Of a stretch of 64,000 nt of DNA, positions 10,582 to 23,953 are shown piece by piece; the stretch's first letter is position 1; the number at the start of each line of letters is the position of its first letter. The notes under the pieces are model-generated. The model saw nothing but the letters and a program-made list of their open reading frames with translations. It was not told the DNA's origin and made no database searches. Location of the stretch: positions 6,262,001-6,326,000 of the forward strand of contig CP110439.1 of assembly GCA_026914245.1 (NCBI GenBank), read 5' to 3'. Both the position numbers and the translations under genes were made by a program. This DNA is from Puccinia triticina. Lineage: Eukaryota.

Positions 10582-13403
10582 ATCAGCTAGTGTACACAGC
10601 TACTGATCTGGGATCAGTACTGATCATTACACTGCCCTGATCATTTTGAATGTTGATCTTCATGAGGATCCTCTTGCTTTGAGCGCTTTCAGTTCCCCCC
10701 TGGTCCTGAAGCGCCTCCCAGCGCCTCAATTTCCCTCCTGCTCTTTTTCCCTCTATATAAACATGCCCCCCAGGACTCTTTATCCCTCAGAATATTATTA
10801 CAGCAAAGTTTAACCCATACTATAGTTAAACAGTGCTTTCATTCTCACCCATCTTTCAATTCAGGAATAACATCAACTCTTGATTACCCTTACCTTTGTG
10901 TAGGTAAAACCACGTACCCAAGTCAAGTTCTTCCTTGGATGCCTATTAACACCTTGTGTTGATCTGGATGCGCCTTCATTGAGCAAGCCTCTCAGTCAAG
11001 ATTACTGATAGAGTGAAACCTTTTACAGGTCTTACCACAAACCCATTGGCCCATCCTTGGCACTTTACACTATCATATTGCTAGTAACAACCCTCTCAGA
11101 CATGGTTAGTTACTTACAGGCTGACAAGGTTGGGGGTTGCTAATTTTGTTATTGTTGTTGGATGGACTTTGTCTGCTAACAGTTGCAGAGGATGACCAGA
11201 AGAAGTGGCGTCAGCAGCGGGGGCCACGTGTGGCCATGGCTAAATGACTGATCCTATATCAGTATGTGCATGGAGACAGTGAGTGATACTGGACCAGCCT
11301 AGTTTAAGAGCCCTCACAACTTGGACTGCAAGGGATAGTGGTGACAATAGTAGAAGGGACATCAATGTTGTTGGAAGCAGGTCAGTATGGTGATGGTAGC
11401 ACTGGCAACTTGTACATAACAAGCAGGGCACCAGCAACGTGCGGTTGGGGGTGTCCAGCATTGAGTGCTGGTGGCATCCCAGCATGTTTTTTTGAAGCAG
11501 AGCAAGTTGCACTGGTTTTTCCCCCCAGGAGATCTGTTTTTTTCCTACCCCCTGACCACGTTATTAGGTCCTCCCTGGACACCTTTAACAACCAGCCCAC
11601 TTTTGCTTATTGCTATGGCACAGCTGGAGGGTCATCCACAGGGCCTTTGGGCATTTGGGGATTTTCAACTTGTGCCTTTGTTTAACTGTTGTGTGCACTA
11701 TTTTTTGTTGTACATTATCTTTTTAAAAAAACACCCCAAAACTTAGATCCAGAGGTTTAGGATTTTGTGGATTTAAGAAAGTGGGATAATTCATTTTGGT
11801 GAATCAAGCCTGTCTGGGTACTTGCCCAAGTTCCAGGCATAAATCAAAAAGCTTGCATGCCCAGGCCAAGCCCCAAGTGCCCGTGGCCTAGACACAAGGC
11901 CCATTTGGCACATAGCCAAGTTTAGGGTGTCCAGGGACAAGTCCTGCTTGGTCGATGCTCAAGAAAGGGTGCCACACACAACAAGCAATGCACCACCATG
12001 GGCTGGCACACTGATAAATGCACCCCACAGCTCAGGGGTGTATCACTCTGCATAACTGCAGAGTATTCAGCCTGTCTGCCTGTATCTTCATCAACCTGGC
12101 TACATAACAGGATCTCTGATCATGCATGATTGACTTCTGGTCAACGACAAATAATTAACAGGAAGAAAAAATGGTCAAGAGATGAAAAAAGGTGAACAGA
12201 GAAAAGAAACAGTTCTCCTCACCATACTCAAGAGGCCTGCTAGCTGTGTTGGTATTTGTTATGTGTTTGTGAGGGGTGATAGGTGGCTGGAGCAGCTCAA
12301 AGCCAATGGATGCAATTGGCCCAGCAGCTGTGTAGGCTCACCCAGGGCTTGGCTCTGTGCCAAGATTTGGGCCCCACAGAAAACACCCAATCAAGCCCCC
12401 TGTGCAAATGCTCAAGCTTGTGTGGCAAATGCCAAGCAGGACTGGGCTAAGTGCCCAGATGAGCTTGATCTACCTTATCAGGTAACAACTTATCTACAAT
12501 TTTCTCATTTGTGCTACATGTTATCACTAGGTGATCTTTTGATACACTCTCCAGAGAGTGCCATGCAGTAATTTTTTTCCATAACTGTGCTGAAGGCCTT
12601 TAGTGAGTTTAGTGTGACAAAAAATGATCAATTATGGAACCAATCTGTAAACTATTTTGAATTTGTCAGTATCTCATCCAGAAAGCAACCAGAACTCATC
12701 CAGGATTCAGCTAGAACTCAAATGGAACTAATCACAGAGGAAAAGAAATACATTTTGGGAGGAAGCCAAAAATTTGAATTGGACTGCCATCCCTTGTTTC
12801 TTCTGTAACTTGACTAAGTCCGGCCTCCCTTGGAGACGTTGAAGCACCTCCACCTTTGGACTAAGTTAAGTTTGGTTCCGCAAGGACCCCCCGAATCTGA
12901 TTATGGAGTGAGACTAAGTTAAGGTAGAGTAGGAAGATGCCTTGTGCAATTACAAACAGTCAGTTCAAGTTCCTCCGTGGTGGAATACATCCAGGGCCTT
13001 TGCCCGCCGAGTTTCATGATCAGTTCCTCCTCAATGGTATTCGTCCGTCAACATAGATATGTATCCATGTTTGAGGCAATCGAAAGGAAGGAAAATTACA
13101 GAGTTTCACACTGTTTCATCCACTTTTGAATTCTTGTGACTCATTATGCCCACGTCCTCGTTATAGAAAATCGCATGCATATCGATGTCTTACGTGTCTT
13201 GACTTCACGTTTTAAGAATTCTGCCCGCCTGAACCTCAAGGGCACTGCCCCTCACTTCTACGACAATGATGGATACTGTTCGTAGGGTGTATGTGGAGAG
13301 CTTAAGTCGCGTTCCAAACTTCCTTTTCGGCGCGGCCAGTAAGTTATATCTGCCGTCGAGTTTGCGCCGCTTCCGTTCCGTCTATCATTGGTGCTTTTCC
13401 AAG

Positions 13404-16400
13404 ATGCCGTCTTCTAAGTCATCGCTCACACTTATTCGATTCATTTACTTTCTTGCAGCTTATGAGGCTGTTCATGCCGGCCGTCTTTACCCGCGCGCGC
13501 TCGCCGCAGAATCATTGACTCCATTGCACGACGTATGGCCGGAAGTACAGGAGCTCCCCAAGAATTCCTCCCCCGCAAAGCAACTCAAGAAGGCAGGGTC
13601 GAAAGTGGAGTCAAAACTCCCAAAAACTGAAGGACGACCGCCCGGAGCAAGCAATGTGCAAGGCACTGACCCCCAAGAGGCATTGGCACTCTCTCCCCCA
13701 ACGTCAATACCTGCTACTCAGCCAATACATTCCGTTTCTCTGCCCACGGATTCCTCCCCTTTGACCCAACTCAACGAGGGAAGGTCGGAAGTCACTACTT
13801 CCGAAGTGGAGTCAGCAAAAACTGGAGGACCACCGCGCGGAGCAAGCGATGCGCAAAGCACTGGCCCTCAGGAGTCTTTGCCATTCCCTCCCCCATTGCC
13901 AACACCTACGCCTCCGGTCACCAATCATGTTACTACTCAGCCAATACATACCGGTTCTTCTCCCAAATATTCCTCCCCTCCCTCCCCTGTGGTCCAACTC
14001 AATAAGCCAAGTTCGGAAGTGGAGCCCTTGATCCAACTCAACGAAGCAAGGTCGGACGTGAAACCCTTAATCCAACTCAACGAGGCAAAGTCGGGAGCAG
14101 AGTCACCACAAAAAACGGGAGGACCAGCACGCGGCACTGACTCGGCATTTTCGTCCCAAGAGCCTGCGCCTCAGTCGAAGCCTAAACTGACAATCGTAAG
14201 TGTGATTCAACCTGGGGCTCCAGGCTTTCTGCCAAACGTAATCACCGATAGATGAAACTCATGCAATTCGACTCGCATAGGTTAACAAATCAAAACTCAC
14301 GTTAAAAAAGTACTTTAAGCGCATACAAAAAAACCTCTACCAAGTGTAAGCAAATGTTTGAAGATTTGTCCACTTGATATACTTCCCGGCTAATGTTTTG
14401 AGCCGCTTGACGGGACTAGCCTTGCTTGGTTCAATGTTGCAGGTTACAAAATTGTAAGCGATGCATTCATCATGTTGCACGCGACATGAGCATATTTTTA
14501 GCTGTCACTGACCACATTTGGAACTGCAGAGAATGCGATTCCTTCGCCCTGCCACCCCAGAAGAATTACAAAGATATAGTAAGTGGCCATGCTGCTTCTC
14601 TCACTTGACGGCCCACCCAAAGTTTTGTTTCCCTTCAGTTGGTGATTTGAATCACTCTCCTTTTCGTCAGCCGAAGTAAGAGATCAACTCTCCGGTTTAC
14701 TTGCTACACACCAAGCCCTCAAGCTGAACGATAAAGAGGTACTAGACGCAAACACCTTGGCCAAGCGGCTCGACAAAAAACTATCCCCGCCCGTCAACCC
14801 GTACAAGTCCCTACCTGCGAAATCTGAGTATAAAGACTATTTGGCAAGATTGGAGTCACGATATAAATTGGACTATGATCTTGAAGATCTGCGCCAACGA
14901 TGGACATCGCAACCTATCAAACTTGCCCAGGGATTAACTTCCGCCGAAGGCGTTACTGAGAATCGGCTGAACATCGCACTCTCAAACTTGAACCGCCAGA
15001 ATTACCTCGCGGAGCATGACAAACGTTGTCGGAATGTTATTCAAGATCTCCAACCTCAGCTTACACAATGGCAGGAGCAGCCGAAAGGATATTTCCCGTC
15101 CACGGACTCACTGCAGTATTTCCCATCTTTTTATCACGATAGGAATCCTCGCCAGCCCTACTGGGGCAAGAAGTTCTTTGTTCAAGCTCGAACTGCCCAG
15201 CTTCAGTTAGCGCAAGGTGCCGAATTTCCATTATCTCCAGTCAAGACGCCTCTGACGCCTTTGGGGGAGCTTTTGCGAGACACGCCTTCCAGTATCCCAC
15301 TGGAGGAACTCTTGCACGACTGGACGATAGCGGAAGGATTTGGTGCAATGCTAGATTCTGTAAGCCAAGCAGCCAGGACTCTTCTCGTGAATGAACTTCA
15401 AGAGCCACTTTCTGTCGCGCTCAACAAGCCGTTAGAGTTGGAACCTTTCTTAAAATCGATCTTCGCAAGCACCAGCAAAGAAGACATTGCGTGGCGCGAA
15501 AAGCTCTTTCAGGATTTCTATGGCTCGTCGGCGACTCCGTCCATGTTATTTGAACAGCTGAAGGGTATTCCCGACGAGCAAGTCCGTTTACGCTCTGCCT
15601 TTGAAAATCATTCAGGCCTGCTTGCCTTCTTGGACAAGGCAGACCGGAAAAGCCTCGAACAGGCTTCATCAGATCCCGCAAAGTTGGCGGAGGCCCTGAC
15701 TTGGATCGAAAGCCGCTCCGAAGCAGGAAGTAAAGTGTCAGAAGAATTGCAAGATTTCAGAAACGAAGCCCTCAAGCCCGATTACGATGTCGAACGGCCA
15801 TTTGTTGAAAACTTGCACAAACAAGGCATAATTGATCAATCGACTCGACAGCAACTGAATCCACCCGGCGGGCTGTCTCGTCAAAAGTTTCTGAATGCGC
15901 TCGGGACGAAGGAAGATTTCACGAGACAACTGATGACGAATCTGGAAAATGACCTGTTAAAAACACTGGCCCCCTCGGAAGGAAACCCGCCGGGAACTGT
16001 CGCAAGGACCACCGAACACCTCGCCCAGTTGCACGTTGAAAAGCTTCACAAGCAGGCCGAGTCCGAGTACTTCAAACCCGGCCTGTTTCAAAATCCTCCA
16101 AAGTACGAGTTTCTTCCAGCACTGAGGGTATTCGACCCGCAAGAGGTGAGGAAGCTTGCCAAGCTTTCCGACCACAAGGAAATGCTCTTCAAGGCCTACA
16201 TCCAGGCTCGTCTGCCACATTTCGAGCTTCCCAAGGTGCAATACAAATCAGAGATGGACAAGTTTTTGAGTCAAATCAAAATCCCGCAACCCGGAGCACA
16301 CCCCGCGGGTAAGTAGTGAAGTGGCCAAAGCCGGACGCTAGACGAGTGTAACTAACAATCTTCCGTTTCCATCTTCGGGCCGAATTTGGCTTCCTGTCCC

Positions 16401-16725
16401 AGCTCGAACCGACAAGCGGAGTGTGCTCCATAGTCTGCCCAACTTCGACGAACGCCTGTCTGTCTTTTACCTGGAGCCGCTCAAAGCGGCGGACGCGCGA
16501 TTGGACGGAACCCCATACGCACGTCTGACCGACAAATCGCGGCGACAGCTCAATGCGCTGGCTTCCGAAGCTTACCTGCGCCGGCACCAACTCGACCAAA
16601 CGCCCCAACTGCGCCTCCAGTGGAGTGCCGACATCGCCCAGTTCGAGAAAACACACTTGCGACAGATCCCGGTGATCCTCCAAGTCATGGAATCCTTCTT
16701 GCGCCAGGCAAAGGCTGCCAGTTGA
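13404..16725 (+). CDS. Large secreted protein with Pro/Ser-rich repetitive N-terminus (candidate effector), multi-exon
   Basis: ATG 13404 gives signal-peptide-like MPSSKSSLTLIRFIYFLAAYEAVHA; introns 14196-14280 and 16309-16402; small exons between 14281 and 14757 not fully resolved; stop TGA 16723-16725; paralogue of 1-1229. Confidence 0.8.
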
Positions 16726-17889
16726 AGACTCGCAGCAAGAGGCGATCCGGACGACCGAAACCTGGGCAGCGAGCTGTCCTACCTCATCCTTCTCAACCCA
16801 AAATTGGGTCTTATCTTCTATTCATTCATCCTACCTTATTGTTTTGTTAGCGGATTCTTCGAATAATCACCCTTCATTGGTCCCCCAGACCAACCATCTA
16901 TGCATAGAAACGCAGTTGTATCGACGCCAGCACTGCTCAGAAGACCCGCAGAAATGAGTAGCTATTTCATATTAATCCATTGATTGATTCCTCTGTCATT
17001 TCGTGCATAAACTTTTCGAACAAATTACCGTGATTTGTCTCCCACCAGAGACCGCCCAGCCCAACATCCTAGGGACAAGTGTCAGATTGGCGCGGAGAGG
17101 CTAGTCGTTCAGTCCACTCCGCGGGCTTCCGCACAGCGACAATGAGAAGCGAACAAGCATGCTATGTCGAGTCAGAACACACGAGCAGAACCTGAGTTGA
17201 ATTTTCTTTGCATGATAATGTGCGCACTGCGCGGTATTCCAGACCCACTTGTCCCCGTCCCTCTGCACGCTCAAACGCCCGCTCGGGCGAAGCATGCCGA
17301 TACACACAATGGCCGCACATCGATACGCTGCGCTCCACCGCCGTGTGTATCTTGTTTCTTGAGTGGCTTACCGGACGTGCTTTTGTGCGACGGCGCTGCC
17401 GAAGACGACATGTCCCAGCCCGGTGCACGGCCGGTGGAGCGTATGAGCTTGAGCGGCCACCACGGCGCCCCGAAACGACACTCCACATGTCCCGGGGGGG
17501 GGGGGGGGGGGGGGGAGGAATAAAGCCGGGTGGGCCAGGGCCCCTCTCCCTGTCTCTGCAGATCCCGGGAGGATACAGCCCGCCCCCAAAAAAAGACTCG
17601 TCGCCAGGCCCTGGCTCATGTGGAGCGTCCTCTCCGTCCTGCCCTGCCCTCCCGCGGTCCGGGGAGAGTAGGGGCGGGGGGAGGGGACAGGATGCAGGAC
17701 GCAATCAAAAACAGGGCGGGGCTTTTCTCGGGCCGGGAAGGCTGCTGGATTGGCGCAGTTTCTGGCAGGGAAGGGGGGTTTATTTTTTGGCTTCGCGGCC
17801 CAGTTAGTTAGGGGACGGATGGCTGGTACTAGACGATGGCAGAAGGCGATCTTAGTGGACTGAGAGAGAGAGAGAGAGAGAGTAGGGGA

Positions 17890-19258
17890 CTAGAGCTTGT
17901 TGAAGCAGTAGTCGAACCAGAGCTTGAAGGGCACGGTCCAGTCGGGCTTCCGGGCCACGCCGTCGATCAGCTCGCCGATCCGATTCCGGCCGTTCTTGTC
18001 GGTGTTTCCGGCGTGGAGGATGATCTTGGAGATCCTGGACAGCTGGCTCCTCGCCGGAGTCTGCACGATCACCAAAAAAAAAAAGGGGGGAGGGGGGGTT
18101 GAGTACGAGGAGGGGTTGAGTGAGATGGGGGGCAGCTTACGGCGGCGAGGAAGAGGGGGACGAGGCCGGGCTGGACGGAGGCTCTGGCGAGAGGGGCGCG
18201 GCGGGAGAAGATGTGGCTGTGGATGGCTGCGGCGTTCTTGTGGGCTCTGAAGTCGGCGGGGGCGGAGTGTCGGTGGGAGGGGTCGAGGGAGATGACTTCT
18301 CTGGCGGCGACGAGCTCGGACCAGGCGAGGAAGACGAGGTTGAGGAGCGAGCGCGCGGCGGGCTGCTGGAGCTCCTCGTCTGCCGGGCGGCGGGGGGAGA
18401 AGAGGCGGAGGAGGGCCTCGTCGGGACACTCGAGCAGCTCCGGGGGCACGATGTGGGTCTGGCGGTGGCGGACGTAGAAGGGCATGCGCTTGAGCAGCCG
18501 GACGACGGTGAGGAAGGTGGCCAGATGGGCCAGAGCGTGGTCGAGCGTGCCCAGCGGCACGTCGGCCGGCCCGGCGGTGCTCGTCAGCAGCTGGGCCAGC
18601 AGGGCCAGCCCCGCGTAGGTCGTCGAGCGCGAATGGGCGGCCAGGGCGTCGAGGTGGGCGAAGCGCGGGTCGAGGCAGTGGGACTCCTGCAGGGCCCGCT
18701 GGGTCAGCGAGGGGTGTGCGCTGGCTGGGGAGGGCACTTACGGCGGCGTTGATGATCCGGGTGAAGTAGTACTTGGACAGCCTGTGCTGGGCGATGAGCG
18801 GCTGGAGGGCCTGGATGAGCGGATGGGAGGTGTGCTGGGCAGCAAAAAAGAAGAGAGGATGTCAGCGAGCGTGGAGTGTGTGTAGGCAGAGAGGGGGGGC
18901 ACGCCGACCTGGGGGGGGTGGAAGCAGCCGTCGATGGCGTCCCTCCACCACTGGAAGCGGATCCGGGCGATCGCCGGGTTGCCGCCGGCGCCGTCGCCGA
19001 TGGCGAGGATGTCGGCCTGGAAGGCGGCGAGGGCGAGGAAGCCGGGCTGGGCGGGGCGGGGCCAGAAGGGCAGCTGGAGCCTGCCCAGTGCCAGGGCGTC
19101 AGTCTCGGGCTGCTCGGCTTCGGGCGCTGCTCGGCTCACACTGCCTCCGGGTGGCGCCGCTGGAGCATCGCCAGACTCTCCGCCAGCCCGTCCGCCGCAC
19201 GCGACGAGCCCTGCCGGACCAGCCCCGGCGTCCGTCGGCCTCGGAGTGTCCGCTTCAT
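17890..19258 (-). CDS. NDUFAF6: Squalene/phytoene synthase-fold protein, complex I assembly factor NDUFAF6-like, multi-exon
   Basis: Arg-rich mitochondrial-type N-terminus MKRTLRGRRTPGLVRQG; motifs AIARIRFQWWRDAIDGCF, HPLIQAL...LSKYYFTRIINA, TLDHALAHL; C-terminus DWTVPFKLWFDYCFNKL*. Confidence 0.75.
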
Positions 19259-19540
19259 CATCTTGCGTCGTTGGGGGGGTGGGTGGGGGTGTGGAGAACC
19301 AGGTGTACGAGAGACAAAGAAGATGATGATTCACAAGGCCTCAGGGTCCGGGATGAGGGAGATGGCGCGACTGCGGCGAGTGTCAGAGTGCGTGCAACAG
19401 GACGGAGCGGGCGCCAGCGGGGCAGAAGGCGGTGCAGGCTCATCTCGCTAACTTACAGACGGCTGCCGAACTCGGTATGCACACACAACTCCCGCTCCTC
19501 GGCAAGTCGCAGCCCAGCACTCCACCCTCCACGAACCACG

Positions 19541-20839
19541 ATGGACGCACACAGGGCCAGCTCACACCAGGAACTCATCACCCACCCCGGCCGAACAGCA
19601 CACACCCAGCATGCCTTCGGCGCAGACTCCGACGACGACGACGACGAGCACGGCAGCGCCAGCGACGACGACGGCCTGGGCTTCCAAGTCTACAAAGGTA
19701 CCCCCATCGCCCTTTCTCTCTCAAACCCCTCACTGACCAGCATCTCGCAACAGACCAGGCCTCGCATGCGCGCTATGCCGATGCCACCTCCGCACCCTCC
19801 ACGCCCGGCGCCCAGCCTCACAGCATGGCCCCGGCCCAGCAGCCGCCCCGGGCCGCGCCCGTCTGCCGCTACCCGCCCGAGGAGCACCCGCCCATCCAGC
19901 ACTCCAACACGGCCTACAAGCCCGCCCCCGCCGACCTCGTCCACATGCCCGCGCTCGGCGACGACTGGACCAAGGACGAGTCCCGGCGCGACAAGCACTG
20001 GGAGGGCAAGGACTCCCTCGCCAATAAACATAAGTGGCGCGGCCGCAAACACAAGCTCCTCCTCACCCAGGCCGCCGTCGGCGCCGGGCTCAGAGCCTTC
20101 CTCGCCGGCAGACGCCGCCTCGGCGGCTGGTTCTCCCGCTTCATGGCCCTCGGCCTTTTGCTCGTCCTGCTGCTCCTGTACGTCCCCACCCCCCTTCTCT
20201 CTCTGTGTCTTGGGGAAAGCTGAGAAGGGGCTGCACACACAGGGCGACGCTGCTGGCCTATTTCCTCGTCCCCCGGGTCCCCGAGCTGGCCTACAACAAC
20301 GCTCAGACCTTCGAGGGCGACAGCGGCCCCGGGCTGAGCTTCCAGACCCTCGATCCCGTCCGCTTCGCCTTCGCCGCCAGGATCAACCTCGCCATGCAAG
20401 CCAAGACCTCCCACGTCCGTCCCCGCACCCAAGCCATCTCCGTCATCATCAAGGACCTCTCGTCCGCAGCCGCCCCCGTCGAGGTCGCCCGCGGCACAAC
20501 CACCCAGTCCGTCGCCATCGACACCAAGGACTACACCCCGTTCGCCGTCGACCTCGCCTTCCGACACTCGTCTGTCCCCCCCTCGCTCGCCCCCAAAACA
20601 CTTCCTCTCTGATCCCCTGCCGGTGCGTCTTTTGTAGGGCTAGCTCGAGCAAGGATCCCGTCTGGACGGCCTGGCACGAGGCCTGTGGCCACAAGTGGCC
20701 CGGCAAGGAGGACCGGCCCACCCTCCAGATCGGCATCATCGTCCAATGGTCGCTCAAGGGCAGGCTCGGAACCTTCGAGGAACGCACGATCCTCAACGAC
20801 TTCCGGTGTCCCGTCGAGCTCCCCGCAAACGCCGCTTGA
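19541..20839 (+). CDS. Single-pass membrane protein with LEA_2-like C-terminal domain, 4 exons
   Basis: Acidic N-terminus; TM segment FMALGLLLVLLLL/ATLLAYFLVPRVP; beta-rich domain; C-terminus FRCPVELPANAA*; GT-AG introns near 19698, 20178 and 20570. Confidence 0.7.
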   Translation: MDAHRASSHQELITHPGRTAHTQHAFGADSDDDDDEHGSASDDDGLGFQVYKGTPIALSLSNPSLTSISQQTRPRMRAMPMPPPHPPRPAPSLTAWPRPSSRPGPRPSAATRPRSTRPSSTPTRPTSPPPPTSSTCPRSATTGPRTSPGATSTGRARTPSPINISGAAANTSSSSPRPPSAPGSEPSSPADAASAAGSPASWPSAFCSSCCSCTSPPPFSLCVLGKAEKGLHTQGDAAGLFPRPPGPRAGLQQRSDLRGRQRPRAELPDPRSRPLRLRRQDQPRHASQDLPRPSPHPSHLRHHQGPLVRSRPRRGRPRHNHPVRRHRHQGLHPVRRRPRLPTLVCPPLARPQNTSSLIPCRCVFCRASSSKDPVWTAWHEACGHKWPGKEDRPTLQIGIIVQWSLKGRLGTFEERTILNDFRCPVELPANAA

Positions 20840-22448
20840 CCCCTCTTTCTTGCCCGTCCTCGCCCTCTCGTCTTCTTCTGCATCGTCTTTCTCTCGGCCT
20901 TCCTCTCGCTTGCGTCTGCCCTCTCCTACCAGCACCTCTATCGCCATCCCCGACGCTCGGGGCCTCGTCATTCTTATCTGACCCGGGCGCAAAAATACCA
21001 TCGGCCCACCCCGCTTCCGCGCCGTGCCCGTCGCCCATCTCTTTCCCCGCAACCCCCTGTGCTCTGTTGTTTTTGTTGTCCGAGTCGTCTTCGCATTCTC
21101 CTCCCCCGGGTTTATTTATCGTCTTACCTTGATGGCGTACTGTGTATCTGCAACGATGTGTGCCTTTGGATGTACGCAGGTGGCCGATGCGTCTGGCTGG
21201 CCCTGCCGCCTGGCCGCCTCTCGCCTCCTGCCGCCAGCAAGACGTTTCTCCTTGCTGCTTGCCGTCAACTGCCGTGTCGGGCCCGAGCCCCGCCGGGCGC
21301 GACACGCAAAGCAGCGACACAGCCCCGTCGCTGTGTCGCCTGTTGGGTGCCCACCAGGCCCTGCCCATCCGGCCACTCAAAGAGCGGCCCACTTTGCCCG
21401 CGCACAGGCACACGGCCATCCCGGCACGTCCCCCCTGAGATGCTTCTGTGCGAGAACGTGTGCCGGCTCGCCCCCATATCCGCCAGCCTCTGGCGCCGTC
21501 GCAGCAGCGCCGCGGCGGCCCGAAGGGACGCCCGTTATGTGCGAGCACAAAGCCCGCCAACAGACTCTGAGTAGCGGCACCCCTAAACGCCGCAAGCCCG
21601 GCTTGTCTGGGGCCCGGTCGCGCGGCGCCGGCATGGGCGAAGGCGAGGCGCCCGTCACTGTCGTCGCCAACAGCGCTGTCTGTATGTACATAACTTCTTC
21701 TTGTTCCCACCCCTTATGGCATCAAGTATCATCCATTGGATAGGCGCTTTTCCTGGTTATATCTTCGAGTCTATCGGGAATTTCCCTGCAGCTTGCAATG
21801 CTTGCTCCTTTTTCCCCGGAAATGCGGGGCGGTGGAGACCTGCATCAGCTGCTGCTGTGCACAGAGCCTCCCAGCTGGGCAAATTTACATCTTTTTATGC
21901 ATGCATCCGTCACACTGTCCTGATCATCTACTTGGCGATATAAGGAAATGATTGATATCGAACAAGATATATTTCTATATGTCGGCGCCGAAGTAATTAA
22001 GGAGCCTACCTGGTGCTCACCAGCCCGTGCCCTAAAAGCCTGGCCGGCCGGCGCCATATCGAGCTGGAGTTTATCTCACGGGTGGTCATGGATGAGTGCA
22101 TAGCCTGGCGTCGGAAAGGAGCCTCGAAAATTGGGCAGCCACTCCGAAGCCACTGTGCTGTGGTCTTAAGCTATAGTCCCCAAGGCTGGGGTTGTAGGTC
22201 GTGTACCCCAAGGGTCATGCAGGGGGAGGGCCTTGGACTGAAGGATGGCCGGACGCGGCATATGGTCTGCCCGAATTTCTGCTGTGTAAAAGACATGCAA
22301 CTCAGAGTGCAGTCTCTTGGGAAATTCGCGCGGACAAGCCCGCCGGTCCCTAGGATTGAATCGCCCCGCTGAGGGTTGGTAGCTGAGTCCAGCGCTGGCC
22401 TGCAGGAGCAGGGCGTCTTCAGAGGCGCTCAAGGCCGAGAGAATCGCG

Positions 22449-22456
22449 TATAAATA
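22449..22456 (+). promoter_or_regulatory. TATA box of thaumatin-like gene 1
   Basis: TATAAATAGAGGCTG about 125 bp before the ATG; conserved at 45228 upstream of the paralogue. Confidence 0.6.
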
Positions 22457-22573
22457 GAGGCTGGTTTGCTCCGTTTTGGCTGTCTTCCCATCACCTCCTC
22501 AGCCAGCTCCTCTAGTCACCACCAGAAGACACAACCTCGTCCAATAAGACTTCCCATCCACCTCCTCGACATC

Positions 22574-23953
22574 ATGAAACAATTCATTGCAGTCTCCATC
22601 GCCCAGTTGTGCTTAGCTTCCGGCATCTTTGCCAGGACCTTCACCATCAGAAACAACTGCCCCTTCACGATCTGTTGAGTTTTTCTGCTCGGGAATCTGA
22701 TCCTGGGCATGCTTCCTGACCCTTTTCACGACTTTCTGGACACACAGGGCCAGCGCATTTCACGAACCCCGATTCGCCGAGTAAGCGGTCCTAGCTATGT
22801 TGATTTGGCATGTTGCCCAGGTTACTATCCTTTGATGCTGAGGTTTTATGAATCCGACAAACAGCCAAGCTCACGAGCCAAGCAGCCGGCTGGGAGGCCC
22901 CCAAGCGCAGCCAGAAGAGCTTCCAGGTCCCTGATCGCTGGGCGGGAAGATTCTGGGGCAGAAGAAACTGCGACTTCTCTAAACAAGGCCCTGCTTCGTG
23001 TGCCGTGAGTGGCGACTGTTTCTGCGGGAGAAATCATAGTGTCCCGGGGTGCTTACCATGTCTGAGCTCTAGACCGGAGGCTGCAACGGAGGCTTGGTAT
23101 GTGACGCGCGCACTGGATCCGGAGTTCGTGAGTACTCGCCTTGAGGGTGGCGCTTTATCACATACTCACGGACTGGGATCGTCTGCTCTCCAGCTCCTGC
23201 GACTCTGGCCGAATTCAAGCTGAACGGCGATGGCGGGAAAGACTACTACGATGTCTCGAACGTGGACGGCAGCAACTTGCCCGTGTTGATCAGCAACAAC
23301 AAGGGGTGCCCCACCCCGTCCTGCAAGCAAGACTTGAACCCGGGCTGTCCCGAAGACAAGATGAAAGTCAAGGACGGAAGGGGCACAGTCATCGGCTGTC
23401 TCTCTGCCTGCCAGGTACGGGTCCGCATCAGCGCTATCCCCCCGTTCAACCAACCACGCCTTCACACATCCCGTCATGTTTTGTTCTTTTTTCTCTATGC
23501 AGGCTAACTTGGACGGGAACCACGGCAATTCGGCCAATTGCTGCACCGGCAGCCACGGCAAACCGGAGACCTGCCCCAAGAACGGAGTCAAGCACTACGA
23601 CTACTTCAAAGGGTCCGCAATCTTTACGCGTGTGTGACGCAGAACTGATTGGCTGATGTGCGTGCTAACCCTTTTGCAGCAAATGTCCGGATGCTTATGC
23701 GTACGCCTATGATGTAAGACTCCATCCACTCGAGATATGCAGGTGTAATGATGCTAGAAACCTGATCCTGTTTATTTCTTTCTCTCTGAGGGCCACAGGA
23801 AAGCAGCCAAAGCGCGCTCTGGACTTGCAACAAGGGCGCAGACGTAAGTGAAGCTGAAGCTCAAACCACCCAAGTCCTTGTGATCTTCCTCGGCGATCTC
23901 TGACTCGCTCCTTGCCTTACACGCACCAGTATACCGTCACTTTCTGTCCTTGA
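22574..23953 (+). CDS. Secreted thaumatin-like protein (PR-5 family), copy 1
   Basis: Signal peptide then RTFTIRNNCPFTIW, GRFWGRRNCDF, TLAEF, DYYDVSNVDGSNLP, GCLSAC, CPDAYAYAYD, YTVTFCP*; about 9 short exons. Confidence 0.93.

Noticed and set aside
13266..13403. Upstream in-frame ATG extension of the secreted protein
   Set aside because: The signal-peptide-like segment starts at ATG 13404; the extension is probably 5' UTR.
17162..17811. Pro/Gly-rich ORFs around the 22-G run at 17494-17515
   Set aside because: Low-complexity GC-rich sequence with no recognisable domain or clear splice structure.
18773..20839. 688-aa single ORF
   Set aside because: GC-rich read-through overlapping the antisense NDUFAF6-like gene and crossing introns; only parts are in the real frame.
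20793..21743. Long overlapping ORFs on both strands
   Set aside because: Expected by chance at this GC content; no motifs; likely UTR or intergenic.
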